Virus record (IMG/VR): IMGVR_UViG_3300043410_000581
Span: 1 to 55,633 of that record
Length of the DNA: 55,633 nt
Source of the DNA: a virus
Taxonomy: Duplodnaviria > Caudoviricetes
Reading direction: 5' to 3' (one strand)
The first letter of the stretch is position 1; each line of letters opens with the position of its first letter. Positions 1 through 7,061 of the stretch are shown here, in pieces. Under the pieces are notes generated by a model that did no database searches, was not told the origin of the DNA, and was given only the letters and a program-made list of their open reading frames with translations. The position numbers and the translations under genes are program-made.

Positions 1-218
1 CGTTATTCTCTTTTGCTGTATGTATCTATTATAATGCCTACCACCGACATTTTACAATAGGAAAGGGGGTTTCGTAACATAATCGTAACATAAGTTCAGA
101 TCGAAGGGGGTCGGCACTTTTCCAGGGTATGGAGAAGGAGCCTTTTACCGTCATGCTCAGGACCCCTGCAGGAAAGAAAGGAATTAAGACCTGCAGGTGT
201 CTTATCCAAACATGTTGA

Positions 219-701
219 CTAGTTGTCTTCGGAAGTTACGTCCTCAACGTCATAGTCCAAGTGCCAAAGGTTCTCACCATAGGCAGAGATGTCAAGACCG
301 TCAACGCTAACGTTGTACGAAATGTCATCCAAGTCTTCGAAGATTGAGACCTCAACGCTACCAGAGAAGTTGATAGTTCCCTGAACAGAGATAGACTTAG
401 TCAGTTCAATCTCCATTGCTTCTGCGAGTTCCTTCAAGAAATCCTCGTCCACGTTGTCGTGGTTTTCAAGGATAAGGTTCTTGACGTTGCTCTTCAATGC
501 TTCGATTGCTGCTTTTGCGTTTACCCAGCGGTCTCGCATAATGTTGTGGTCAGTAATCCAACTGTCTCGCTGTCCAGTCAGGGTTTCGATTTGCTCCTTG
601 AGTTGAGCAAGTACAGGGTGATTAGGGATTACTGTTTCACCAAGTACAAGACTAGCAGGGATAGGGTCAGGTACAAGATTTCCGTTTTCGTCATAAGCCA
701 T
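219..701 (-). CDS. Hypothetical early protein, coiled-coil, acidic C-terminus (160 aa)
   Basis: ORF with GAAAGGAAAA RBS and own promoter at 732-754. Confidence 0.8.
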   Translation of the reverse strand: MAYDENGNLVPDPIPASLVLGETVIPNHPVLAQLKEQIETLTGQRDSWITDHNIMRDRWVNAKAAIEALKSNVKNLILENHDNVDEDFLKELAEAMEIELTKSISVQGTINFSGSVEVSIFEDLDDISYNVSVDGLDISAYGENLWHLDYDVEDVTSEDN

Positions 702-754
702 TATTTTTTCCTTTCGATTGGCTGTGTTTCTATTATAAGGGATACCTACGACAT

Positions 755-1018
755 TTATTCGATGTCGTTGGCAATGCTTTCCAGTTCCTCAATGGTCTTC
801 ACCAGTTCAGCCTGAGCGTCTTCGGTGAGGGTAAGGCAAACAGTTCCAGAAACTGCCTGAGCAGAGATAGCCATAGCAAACTGAGCAAGGGCAGAGAGAA
901 ACTCGTCGCTGTCCACCTCGGTTCGCATAGCGTCAAGACCACCAGCCATCATAGCCACAAAGGGGTTGTCGCAAGCCTCGGTAGCAACCTGCTTCATTCC
1001 AAATGCGATGTCCAACAT
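755..1018 (-). CDS. Hypothetical early protein (87 aa, MLDIAFGMKQ...)
   Basis: Start reassigned to ATG at 1018 behind the RBS; the longer ORF-track start lies inside the promoter. Confidence 0.75.
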   Translation of the reverse strand: MLDIAFGMKQVATEACDNPFVAMMAGGLDAMRTEVDSDEFLSALAQFAMAISAQAVSGTVCLTLTEDAQAELVKTIEELESIANDIE

Positions 1019-1129
1019 AATTTTCCTTTCGTTTGTTGATAGTTCTATTATACAGGTGACCACTGACATTATAGGGATTTGTGGAGCGTTTCGTAAGCTT
1101 CGTAACCTGATCGTTACATTTGGGGGTCG

Positions 1130-1145
1130 GCTCCCCGAAGGGAGC
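1130..1145. terminator. GC hairpin GCTCCC-CGAA-GGGAGC abutting node motif; probable terminator or processing stem
   Basis: Directly after the stop of 1149..1640; similar hairpins at 2283-2295, 3126-3138, 3944-3956. Confidence 0.5.
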
Positions 1146-1148
1146 AGG

Positions 1149-1640
1149 TTACCCTACTACCCCTGGGTCTAGTGTGGTTGCCCATTCCGCAAGGTATTCA
1201 TCAGGGCTAGGCAAATCATCTAAATCGTGTTCAAGAGTGTATCCGCCATAAGTAGAGATAAACTTTTTGGTTTGAAAGTTGAGGGTGTAAACTGCTTCAC
1301 AAAACAATTCGTCATTCTCAAAGTCGCTGGCATCAACTAGGAATAAATCGTTACTATAAGCAACATAGCCTAGAATGTCCGCACAGGTATCACGAGATAG
1401 AGTTGGATAAACTTCACTAACAGGCTGTTCACTAGCGGCTAGTAGTGAGTTGATGTTATCAATCTCTTTATCAGTTAGAAAGTATAGTTTAGGCAACTTA
1501 CTCTCAATAAGTCTGTGGTTCTCTGCGTGGTAGAGAGCAGTAACTCCCTGTCCGCTAGGGTATCCGTCCCATTGTCCGTATTGAGCAACCTTGACTACGC
1601 CATCTCGGTCAATTACCTTGGTTAGATTACGAGTTCCCAT
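1149..1640 (-). CDS. Phage protein of unknown function with MGTR...YxxWDGYP motif (163 aa)
   Basis: Motif recognised from phage hypothetical proteins; RBS and promoter present. Confidence 0.75.
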   Translation of the reverse strand: MGTRNLTKVIDRDGVVKVAQYGQWDGYPSGQGVTALYHAENHRLIESKLPKLYFLTDKEIDNINSLLAASEQPVSEVYPTLSRDTCADILGYVAYSNDLFLVDASDFENDELFCEAVYTLNFQTKKFISTYGGYTLEHDLDDLPSPDEYLAEWATTLDPGVVG

Positions 1641-1690
1641 TAGTGTTTCCTTTCGTTGATAGTCTAATTATACTGGTAGGGTCAGACATT

Positions 1691-1861
1691 TTACTCTACC
1701 GAAACTTCTAGCCATTCCCAAACATCACCATTGATAATGTCTTCATTAGCCATTTGTTTAGCATAGTCAATCATTTCATCTTCAGTCATGTCTTCAAACA
1801 ATTCTGCGTGGTCTTCTTCAGGGTAGTATTCAAATCTAAGACTAACAGTAATCTTTTCCAT
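1691..1861 (-). CDS. Highly acidic small protein (56 aa, MEKITVSLRFEYYPEEDHAELFED...)
   Basis: Manual translation; TAATG coupling to upstream gene; stop abuts next promoter. Confidence 0.7.
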   Translation of the reverse strand: MEKITVSLRFEYYPEEDHAELFEDMTEDEMIDYAKQMANEDIINGDVWEWLEVSVE

Positions 1862-2073
1862 TACTCATACTCACTTTCGATTTCGTTTACAAAGTCATCA
1901 TCACCATCAAGGATAGCGATAGCGTATTCCATCTTCATTGAATCTGGCAGGGAATCAAGGATATCCCATTGCTTATTGGTCAGGGCATCAGTATCAAAAG
2001 TAATGGTATCCTCACAGGCAGAGAACGAACCATCACCAGAGATGTAAGCCTTACGGCTGTGGAAATCATACAT
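1861..2073 (-). CDS. Highly acidic small protein (70 aa)
   Basis: ORF track; TAATG overlaps at both ends. Confidence 0.75.
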   Translation of the reverse strand: MYDFHSRKAYISGDGSFSACEDTITFDTDALTNKQWDILDSLPDSMKMEYAIAILDGDDDFVNEIESEYE

Positions 2074-2174
2074 TAGTATCCTGCTTTCTCAAAAATGTCT
2101 AGTAGTTCATCTAGGGTTGATTCTGGTAGGGTGTCCAGAACATCTTGGTCAATGACATCAGCAAAGAGTTTCAT
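2073..2174 (-). CDS. Acidic peptide (33 aa, MKLFADVIDQDVLDTLPESTLDELLDIFEKAGY)
   Basis: Manual translation; RBS and promoter at 2199-2221. Confidence 0.7.
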   Translation of the reverse strand: MKLFADVIDQDVLDTLPESTLDELLDIFEKAGY

Positions 2175-2305
2175 TGTTTTCCTTTCGTTTATAGTTCCAT
2201 TATACATTAGGGGTCTGACATTATAGGGATTTGGGAAAGGTTTTTTAATATCGTAACCTGGTAGGCAGCTGGTGGGGTCGGCACCCCGAAGGGGTAGCCA
2301 AAGGG

Positions 2306-3022
2306 CTACTTTTTACTAGCAGAGAACAGAATGTCATTCCTAGCAAAAACACACTGTGAGCAAGTAACGCAAGCACTACCCTTTTCAGTAATCATAGCAA
2401 TCTTGCGATTGTTTTCAGGGCAAGGGACAGCAGACTTTTCCTGTTGCTCGTTGAAGTCTGCCTTACCAGTAGCAAAATCCTTAGCAAGATAAGCAAGTTT
2501 TACGCCATAGATACGCTTCAATTCCCAAGCAAGAACCTTGTTAGCAGAATCAGCAGAGAAATACAGAGCAAGGTTAGGAATGTTTACCAAGATAGGCACA
2601 GCAAAGTCTGAACGAGTGTATGCCCAGAATTGAACATCAGGGTTTAGACGGATAACAAATGCCCAAGCCCTAGCATAGTCCTCACTAAAGAAGTCGCCAT
2701 CCCAGTGGATACGGAATAACTTTTCCGCATTACGCTTTTCGCAATCTGCCTTGAAGTCTTGAATCATCTCGTCAATCAGAGCAATCATTCCGAGAGTATC
2801 AGTAGCCAGTAGTTGCTCATAGTTGCTAACCAATACTTGACGAACACCCTTGAACACCTTTTCAAGTTTTCCAGCATAGCAGATAGTCTCACAGACAGAG
2901 GTAGCCCCAGGGCAGGAATAAGCCTTACCACTAGGCAAGCCAAAAGTGTTAGCGATAGAGGCTTGAGTGCCAGCCTTGTTTACAGCGTTAGCAACTTTAC
3001 GGTCTTTAGAGCGAGTGAGCAT
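2306..3022 (-). CDS. Gp88-like (radical-SAM-related Fe-S) phage protein (238 aa)
   Basis: CPGATSVCETICYA cysteine triad, RIHWDGDF and YTRS motifs, C-terminal CP...CxxCxxC; start reassigned to ATG 3022 behind RBS. Confidence 0.7.
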   Translation of the reverse strand: MLTRSKDRKVANAVNKAGTQASIANTFGLPSGKAYSCPGATSVCETICYAGKLEKVFKGVRQVLVSNYEQLLATDTLGMIALIDEMIQDFKADCEKRNAEKLFRIHWDGDFFSEDYARAWAFVIRLNPDVQFWAYTRSDFAVPILVNIPNLALYFSADSANKVLAWELKRIYGVKLAYLAKDFATGKADFNEQQEKSAVPCPENNRKIAMITEKGSACVTCSQCVFARNDILFSASKK

Positions 3023-3142
3023 TTGGTTTCCTTTTCTTGATAATACAATTATACACCTGACCACTGACATTTTAGGGAACATCTTAAACGTGTCGTAAGT
3101 CGATCTTGCAGCTAGGGGGTCGGCTCCCCCTGTGGGGGTAGA

Positions 3143-3265
3143 CTAGAGGAAGTCTATGATGTCACCATCAAATCTAGCGTCATCAAGATAGTCTTGCAAC
3201 TCAAGATAACTAATCTCTCCCTTGGCTGCTTGGTCAAACAATTCTTGGATGTATGCTTCGTCCAT
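3143..3265 (-). CDS. Acidic peptide (40 aa, MDEAYIQELFDQAAKGEISYLELQDYLDDARFDGDIIDFL)
   Basis: Manual translation; TGATG coupling. Confidence 0.7.
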   Translation of the reverse strand: MDEAYIQELFDQAAKGEISYLELQDYLDDARFDGDIIDFL

Positions 3266-3636
3266 CAGTCTTCCTCTTCCTCTAGAATTTCAAAGGTGAA
3301 CAACGCACCCATTTCGTCATGTGAACGGCGAACGACATTGAAAGTATTTTCTTCAGGGTCAAAGTCAAACTCAAGGCTGAAGTCACCATTCAAGACTAAC
3401 TTGTCAAGGATAGTTGCTGGAGTTGCCATTGCGTATCCTGAAACATGGTTCCAATTCATGTTGGTTCCGTTTATCTTGATAGGCTGAGTGTCATCAACAT
3501 TGTTCTTGGTCTGCCATTCACCAATTAGCCATGACACATCTTCTTTCTGCCATTCCCAGCAGTCGCCATAGCAGTTGAGTTCAACGCCATCTTCATCTTC
3601 TCCGCAAACACAGTTGCTTTCAATAATTGCTTTCAT
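3265..3636 (-). CDS. Acidic hypothetical protein with N-terminal Cys cluster (123 aa)
   Basis: ORF track; RBS and promoter at 3659-3681. Confidence 0.8.
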   Translation of the reverse strand: MKAIIESNCVCGEDEDGVELNCYGDCWEWQKEDVSWLIGEWQTKNNVDDTQPIKINGTNMNWNHVSGYAMATPATILDKLVLNGDFSLEFDFDPEENTFNVVRRSHDEMGALFTFEILEEEED

Positions 3637-3680
3637 GGTTTTCCTTTCCTAGGGTTCAATTATACAGGCAGGGTATGACA

Positions 3681-3851
3681 TTATAGGGATTCGTTGATAG
3701 CCTTGCGAATGTTGGCAGACCTAGTGCCTTTTCGGTGTTCAGGAACAACGATAGTGTGCTTGGTGAGCAATAGGTTTTTGAACAACTCAGCAGAGTGAGC
3801 CTTGCGAGTAGCCTCAGCAAGTTTGTTTAGTGGTTTCTTTCTTTTCTTCAT
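3681..3851 (-). CDS. Basic small protein (56 aa, MKKRKKPLNK...), probably leaderless
   Basis: ATG 6 nt downstream of the TATAAT of the 3858 promoter. Confidence 0.7.
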   Translation of the reverse strand: MKKRKKPLNKLAEATRKAHSAELFKNLLLTKHTIVVPEHRKGTRSANIRKAINESL

Positions 3852-3960
3852 AGTCCTATTATACATCAACCCTCCGACATTTAACAGGGTTTTGGGAAAT
3901 ATTTTTTAAGGTTTTTAATGTCGATCTTGCCGAGAGCCGCCGACCCCCGAAGGGGGCTGA

Positions 3961-4077
3961 TTAGCCTACTGACTTTGCTACTCGCTCAACCTGTTCTGGT
4001 GTTGCGATAGCAAAGAAAGCCTTAGCAAGAGTTTCGTAGTCAGCGATTTCCTCAAGTTTGCCAAATGAGATTTCCAT
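3961..4077 (-). CDS. Small protein (38 aa, MEISFGKLEEIADYETLAKAFFAIATPEQVERVAKSVG)
   Basis: Manual translation; GAAAGGAAC RBS. Confidence 0.7.
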   Translation of the reverse strand: MEISFGKLEEIADYETLAKAFFAIATPEQVERVAKSVG

Positions 4078-4088
4078 TGTGTTCCTTT

Positions 4089-4271
4089 CTAGGCGAAGCG
4101 TGGGTCAAGCAGGTCTGGGCGGAAGTGGGACAGCAGGGTGGCGTAGTCGCTAATCTGTTTCATACGAGGGTCAACCTCATCATCCTCAGTAGAGGCACGA
4201 CCACCTTTCAGGACAGCCTCCATCTCGTCCATTAGGCGAGAGCATTCAACTGACATTGCTTCGAAGTCCAT
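4089..4271 (-). CDS. Hypothetical protein (60 aa, MDFEAMSVEC...)
   Basis: Start reassigned behind RBS; promoter at 4297-4319. Confidence 0.7.
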   Translation of the reverse strand: MDFEAMSVECSRLMDEMEAVLKGGRASTEDDEVDPRMKQISDYATLLSHFRPDLLDPRFA

Positions 4272-4398
4272 TGGGTTTCCTTTCGTTGATAAGACTATTA
4301 TACAACGAGCCACTGACATTTTACAAGAGGATTTGGGGAAAATCGGGATCTTTTTTAATGCTTTCGTAACTAGATCCAGAGCTGGGCGGTCGGCTCCC

Positions 4399-4429
4399 TG
4401 TGGATAACTTGGGGGGTAGCTGTGGATAA
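4399..4429. promoter_or_regulatory. Pair of perfect DnaA boxes (TGTGGATAA); second lies in the loop of a GGGGGGTAG/CTACCCCCC hairpin
   Basis: Boxes at 4399-4407 and 4421-4429 (reverse complement of TTATCCACA); hairpin 4411-4438. Confidence 0.8.
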
Positions 4430-4451
4430 CTACCCCCCCTCACCATACCTG

Positions 4452-4679
4452 TTAGGCTACTACATACTTAGTAGCAACCTCACTAGGGCGAGCAATGACC
4501 TGCGACCATTCCTCTGGCTTTCCGTCCTCAAGACGAACAGCGTAGCCAACATAGGCTTCGTTAGGCTGGATACCCTGACCAAGACGAGCCTTGATACCAA
4601 CAGGGGCATCAACCTGCTCAACAACCTTGCCAACATACTTGTTGTCGTGGGTCTTGATAGTCATTCCGATAAGGTTCAT
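4452..4679 (-). CDS. Small beta-rich (possibly SH3-like) protein (75 aa)
   Basis: ORF track; fold is a guess from the sequence pattern. Confidence 0.7.
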   Translation of the reverse strand: MNLIGMTIKTHDNKYVGKVVEQVDAPVGIKARLGQGIQPNEAYVGYAVRLEDGKPEEWSQVIARPSEVATKYVVA

Positions 4680-4797
4680 TTATTTCTCTTTTCTTTATTA
4701 GGGGTTGATACTGACTTATTTGCTAGGGGTTTTATTTGCTCTTGCGAGGCTCACACCTGCTAGGCTCATTCAGTATCTCTGTTTTGTTTATATTTAT

Positions 4798-4826
4798 ATT
4801 TTACAGGCTAGTTAGTGATTTGTCAA
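4798..4826 (-). promoter_or_regulatory. Canonical sigma70/SigA promoter TTGACA-17-TAAAAT
   Basis: TGTCAA at 4821-4826 and ATTTTA at 4798-4803 on plus strand; GACACGCCGTA immediately upstream. Confidence 0.75.
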
Positions 4827-4859
4827 GGCGACACGCCGTAGTTTCCAAAACTTTTTTAT

Positions 4860-5003
4860 TTATTTTTGGTGTTCTTCAGTAAAGGTGAAGTATCCCTCAC
4901 GCTTGCTAGGGACTTTGTGAAAACGCTTAAGCTTTCCATACAGATTAGGGGCAAGCACACCAAGACCATTACACTCTGGACAAGGGGTTAGATTATCAAA
5001 CAT
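4860..5003 (-). CDS. Small CxxC protein (47 aa, MFDNLTPCPECNG...)
   Basis: Start reassigned behind RBS; promoter at 5029-5051. Confidence 0.7.
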   Translation of the reverse strand: MFDNLTPCPECNGLGVLAPNLYGKLKRFHKVPSKREGYFTFTEEHQK

Positions 5004-5051
5004 TTCTTTCCTTTTCTTTTCTAAGTCTATTATAGCGTGACCCTCTGACAT

Positions 5052-5174
5052 TTAACCTTTGACTTTTGCGTCTGGGTGGTCTTTGAGAAACTTTGTCAAG
5101 TCAAGAATGTGGATTGCCGAAACAACCTTAGAGCCGTTTTCTAGTGAGTATTCGAATAGGGTGTACTTGCTCAT
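5052..5174 (-). CDS. Small protein, paralog A1 (40 aa, MSKYTLFEYSLENGSKVVSAIHILDLTKFLKDHPDAKVKG)
   Basis: Manual translation; RBS and promoter; paralog at 5765-5884. Confidence 0.85.
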   Translation of the reverse strand: MSKYTLFEYSLENGSKVVSAIHILDLTKFLKDHPDAKVKG

Positions 5175-5288
5175 TTGTGTTTTCCTTTTCTTCTTTATGT
5201 ATTCATTATAGCAAGGGGGTACGACATTTTAGGTACGACACGCCGTAAATCTGGAAAGTTTTTTCTTATCGTAACCAATTTGTTATAA

Positions 5289-5304
5289 TCGAACATTTGT
5301 TCGA
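5289..5304. promoter_or_regulatory. LexA (SOS) box TCGAAC-N4-GTTCGA
   Basis: Perfect match to the actinobacterial/Gram-positive SOS box consensus. Confidence 0.8.
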
Positions 5305-5317
5305 AAACGCCGACCCC

Positions 5318-5347
5318 TGTGGATAACTTTCGATCAGCTGTGGATAA
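5318..5347. promoter_or_regulatory. Pair of perfect DnaA boxes
   Basis: TGTGGATAA at 5318-5326 and 5339-5347. Confidence 0.8.
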
Positions 5348-5473
5348 CTAGAAGGGTATGTTATCTCGCTCTGCCTGGCGGTATCCAATTCCCTTAGCAA
5401 CTTTATAAGTAGTAAAAACAAGAATGATGTCCACAAGCAAGTTGAAGCCATTGTAGAAAATAATTTCGTTCAT
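5348..5473 (-). CDS. Small membrane peptide (41 aa) ending ...ERDNIPF
   Basis: Manual translation MNEIIFYNGFNLLVDIILVFTTYKVAKGIGYRQAERDNIPF; AAGGAG RBS and TAATG coupling. Confidence 0.7.
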   Translation of the reverse strand: MNEIIFYNGFNLLVDIILVFTTYKVAKGIGYRQAERDNIPF

Positions 5474-5625
5474 TAGTTAGTCTCCTTTAGGTATTCCAAA
5501 AAGTCATAGGTTTCACTTGCTTCGGTTAGGGTCATTAGTCCCTTATAGTCCTGGCATTCAGGGCATACCATTACGCTAGGGTTGTAGATGTTTTCACAAA
5601 ATACACAAACTCGTTCTTCGTTCAT
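5473..5625 (-). CDS. Zinc-ribbon protein (50 aa, CVFC-x10-CPEC)
   Basis: Manual translation; TAATG coupling. Confidence 0.75.
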   Translation of the reverse strand: MNEERVCVFCENIYNPSVMVCPECQDYKGLMTLTEASETYDFLEYLKETN

Positions 5626-5714
5626 TATTTACCTTCCTTCTTTTCGGCTTCCAATTTGATGGCGTTCTCACGAACAATTTGAGCCATCATTGCTTTTAGT
5701 TGCTTTTCGTTCAT
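5625..5714 (-). CDS. Small helical peptide (29 aa, MNEKQLKAMMAQIVRENAIKLEAEKKEGK)
   Basis: RBS and promoter at 5741-5763. Confidence 0.65.
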   Translation of the reverse strand: MNEKQLKAMMAQIVRENAIKLEAEKKEGK

Positions 5715-5764
5715 TTGATTTTCCTTTTCTATCTAAGATTAGTTTAGCACTACCCTACGACATT

Positions 5765-5884
5765 TTACTGCTTGACTTTTGCGTCAGGGTGTTCACGAAG
5801 AAACTTGCCAAGGTCAAGAATGTGAATGGCAGAAACAACCTGCTTGCCATTGAAGTCGTATTCGAATAGTGTATATTTGCTCAT
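5765..5884 (-). CDS. Small protein, paralog A2 (39 aa, MSKYTLFEYDFNGKQVVSAIHILDLGKFLREHPDAKVKQ)
   Basis: Manual translation; RBS and promoter. Confidence 0.85.
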   Translation of the reverse strand: MSKYTLFEYDFNGKQVVSAIHILDLGKFLREHPDAKVKQ

Positions 5885-5934
5885 TTGATTTTCCTTTTCT
5901 TTATAAATCTAGTTTAGCATAGGGGTCAGACATT

Positions 5935-6060
5935 TTAGCAAGTGTGAGTTGCTATTGCCTGTTCCAATTCAGCGATAGTTTTGCCCATCTCAAACTTTCC
6001 ACAAGTCTCGCAATCGGTTGACTCATAGAATCTGTCGTTCCAGTGGTTTGTGACTTTCAT
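5935..6060 (-). CDS. Small putative Zn-binding protein (41 aa, CxxC...HxC)
   Basis: Manual translation MKVTNHWNDRFYESTDCETCGK...THTC; RBS present. Confidence 0.7.
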   Translation of the reverse strand: MKVTNHWNDRFYESTDCETCGKFEMGKTIAELEQAIATHTC

Positions 6061-6173
6061 CTTTTTCCTTTCTATCTATAACTATCTAATCATACATTAT
6101 TGGGTTTGTCAATAGCAAAACACCTTTTGTTACCATTTCGTTATAATTGGGGATCGATCTTGTGCTACGTAAA

Positions 6174-6189
6174 TCGAACAAATGTTCGA
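6174..6189. promoter_or_regulatory. LexA (SOS) box TCGAAC-N4-GTTCGA
   Basis: Second perfect copy, again directly before the node motif and DnaA boxes. Confidence 0.8.
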
Positions 6190-6202
6190 AGGGGTCGGCT
6201 CC

Positions 6203-6223
6203 TGTGGATAACTCTGTGGATAA
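6203..6223. promoter_or_regulatory. Pair of perfect DnaA boxes
   Basis: TGTGGATAA at 6203-6211 and 6215-6223. Confidence 0.8.
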
Positions 6224-6247
6224 GTCAGAGTCGATCCGCCAGGGTAG

Positions 6248-6370
6248 TTACTTAGCCAACTTTTTACTAAGGGCAAGCAATTCCTCAAATTCAGTCATAG
6301 ACATAAACTCATCTCCCTTAGCAATTCGCATAAGTTCGTTGTATCGAATTTTCATTTCGTTCTTGCTCAT
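6248..6370 (-). CDS. Small protein, paralog B1 (40 aa, MSKNEMKIRYNELMRIAKGDEFMSMTEFEELLALSKKLAK)
   Basis: Manual translation; paralog at 7433-7555. Confidence 0.85.
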   Translation of the reverse strand: MSKNEMKIRYNELMRIAKGDEFMSMTEFEELLALSKKLAK

Positions 6371-6435
6371 TTTATTTTCCTTTACTGATTAGCCAGAATG
6401 ATTACTAAGATTATGATACCAAAGACCACAGACAT

Positions 6436-6636
6436 TTATTCCTGCTCATTTCCCCAAAGGCGAACAATGAGAACAACGGAAAAGATGATGAAGCCAAATC
6501 CACCAATTAGGAACGGAAACATTCCAAGACCCTCAAGACCAGTCTTGCCAATTTCATCAAGACCAGACTTAGCAATGAAGAAGAAGATGGTGGCGAGGGT
6601 AGTGATGATGATGTTACGCTTGATAGTTACAGACAT
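6436..6636 (-). CDS. Two-TM membrane protein (66 aa, MSVTIKRNIII...)
   Basis: Start reassigned behind RBS; two hydrophobic segments. Confidence 0.75.
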   Translation of the reverse strand: MSVTIKRNIIITTLATIFFFIAKSGLDEIGKTGLEGLGMFPFLIGGFGFIIFSVVLIVRLWGNEQE

Positions 6637-6688
6637 TAGATTTTCCTTTTCTTTTGATAGTTTGATTTTAGCAGATACCACTGACATT

Positions 6689-6898
6689 TTAGGCAGACAT
6701 TCCAAGTTCTGCCCTAGTCTTTTCACCATTCCAAAGTTGAGCAACGAATACGCCAACCTGTTCATCAGTGTATTCAGTCTGGCTAGCAAGCAGGGTAGCG
6801 TAGTATTCTTCATCACGCTTGATAGCAGAAGCGTCATCACTGAATGGGGCAGTCCAAGTGTCTAGTTTTGCTTCGATTAGTTTTGGTAGAATGTTCAT
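6689..6898 (-). CDS. Hypothetical protein (69 aa)
   Basis: ORF track; RBS; dual promoter (TTGACA-18-TATAAT overlapping TGTC-N12-TATAAT) at 6925-6954. Confidence 0.75.
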   Translation of the reverse strand: MNILPKLIEAKLDTWTAPFSDDASAIKRDEEYYATLLASQTEYTDEQVGVFVAQLWNGEKTRAELGMSA

Positions 6899-7040
6899 TT
6901 TGTTTTCCTTTTCTCTATACCTATATTATAAGCACAGCCTAAGACATTTGTCAAGTATATTTAGAAAAATAATTATAACGAATTTGGGGAAAATCGTTAT
7001 CAAACTTAACTTGACAAAAGCTTGAAAAGGTGCCGACCCC

Positions 7041-7061
7041 TGTGGATAAGTCTGTGGATAA
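7041..7061. promoter_or_regulatory. Pair of perfect DnaA boxes
   Basis: TGTGGATAA at 7041-7049 and 7053-7061. Confidence 0.8.

Larger units (their letters stand above)
107..7040. repeat. Dispersed GGGGTCGGC/GCCGACCCC motif, 9 copies, marking intergenic nodes
   Basis: GGGGTCGGC at 107, 1123, 2274, 3116, 6191; variant GCGGTCGGC at 4386; reverse orientation at 3939, 5309, 7032. All are intergenic. Confidence 0.9.

Noticed and set aside
755-5051. ORF-track starts such as MSVVTCII, MSVARCII, MSEGHAII and the apparent shared N-terminal peptide
   Set aside because: These ATGs are the ATGTC of the promoter element itself; the true starts lie downstream behind the RBS.
6089-6112. TTGACA plus TATGAT as a SigA promoter for the 5935-6060 gene
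   Set aside because: Spacer is only 12 nt and the TGTC element is absent on the minus strand, so it fits neither promoter class.
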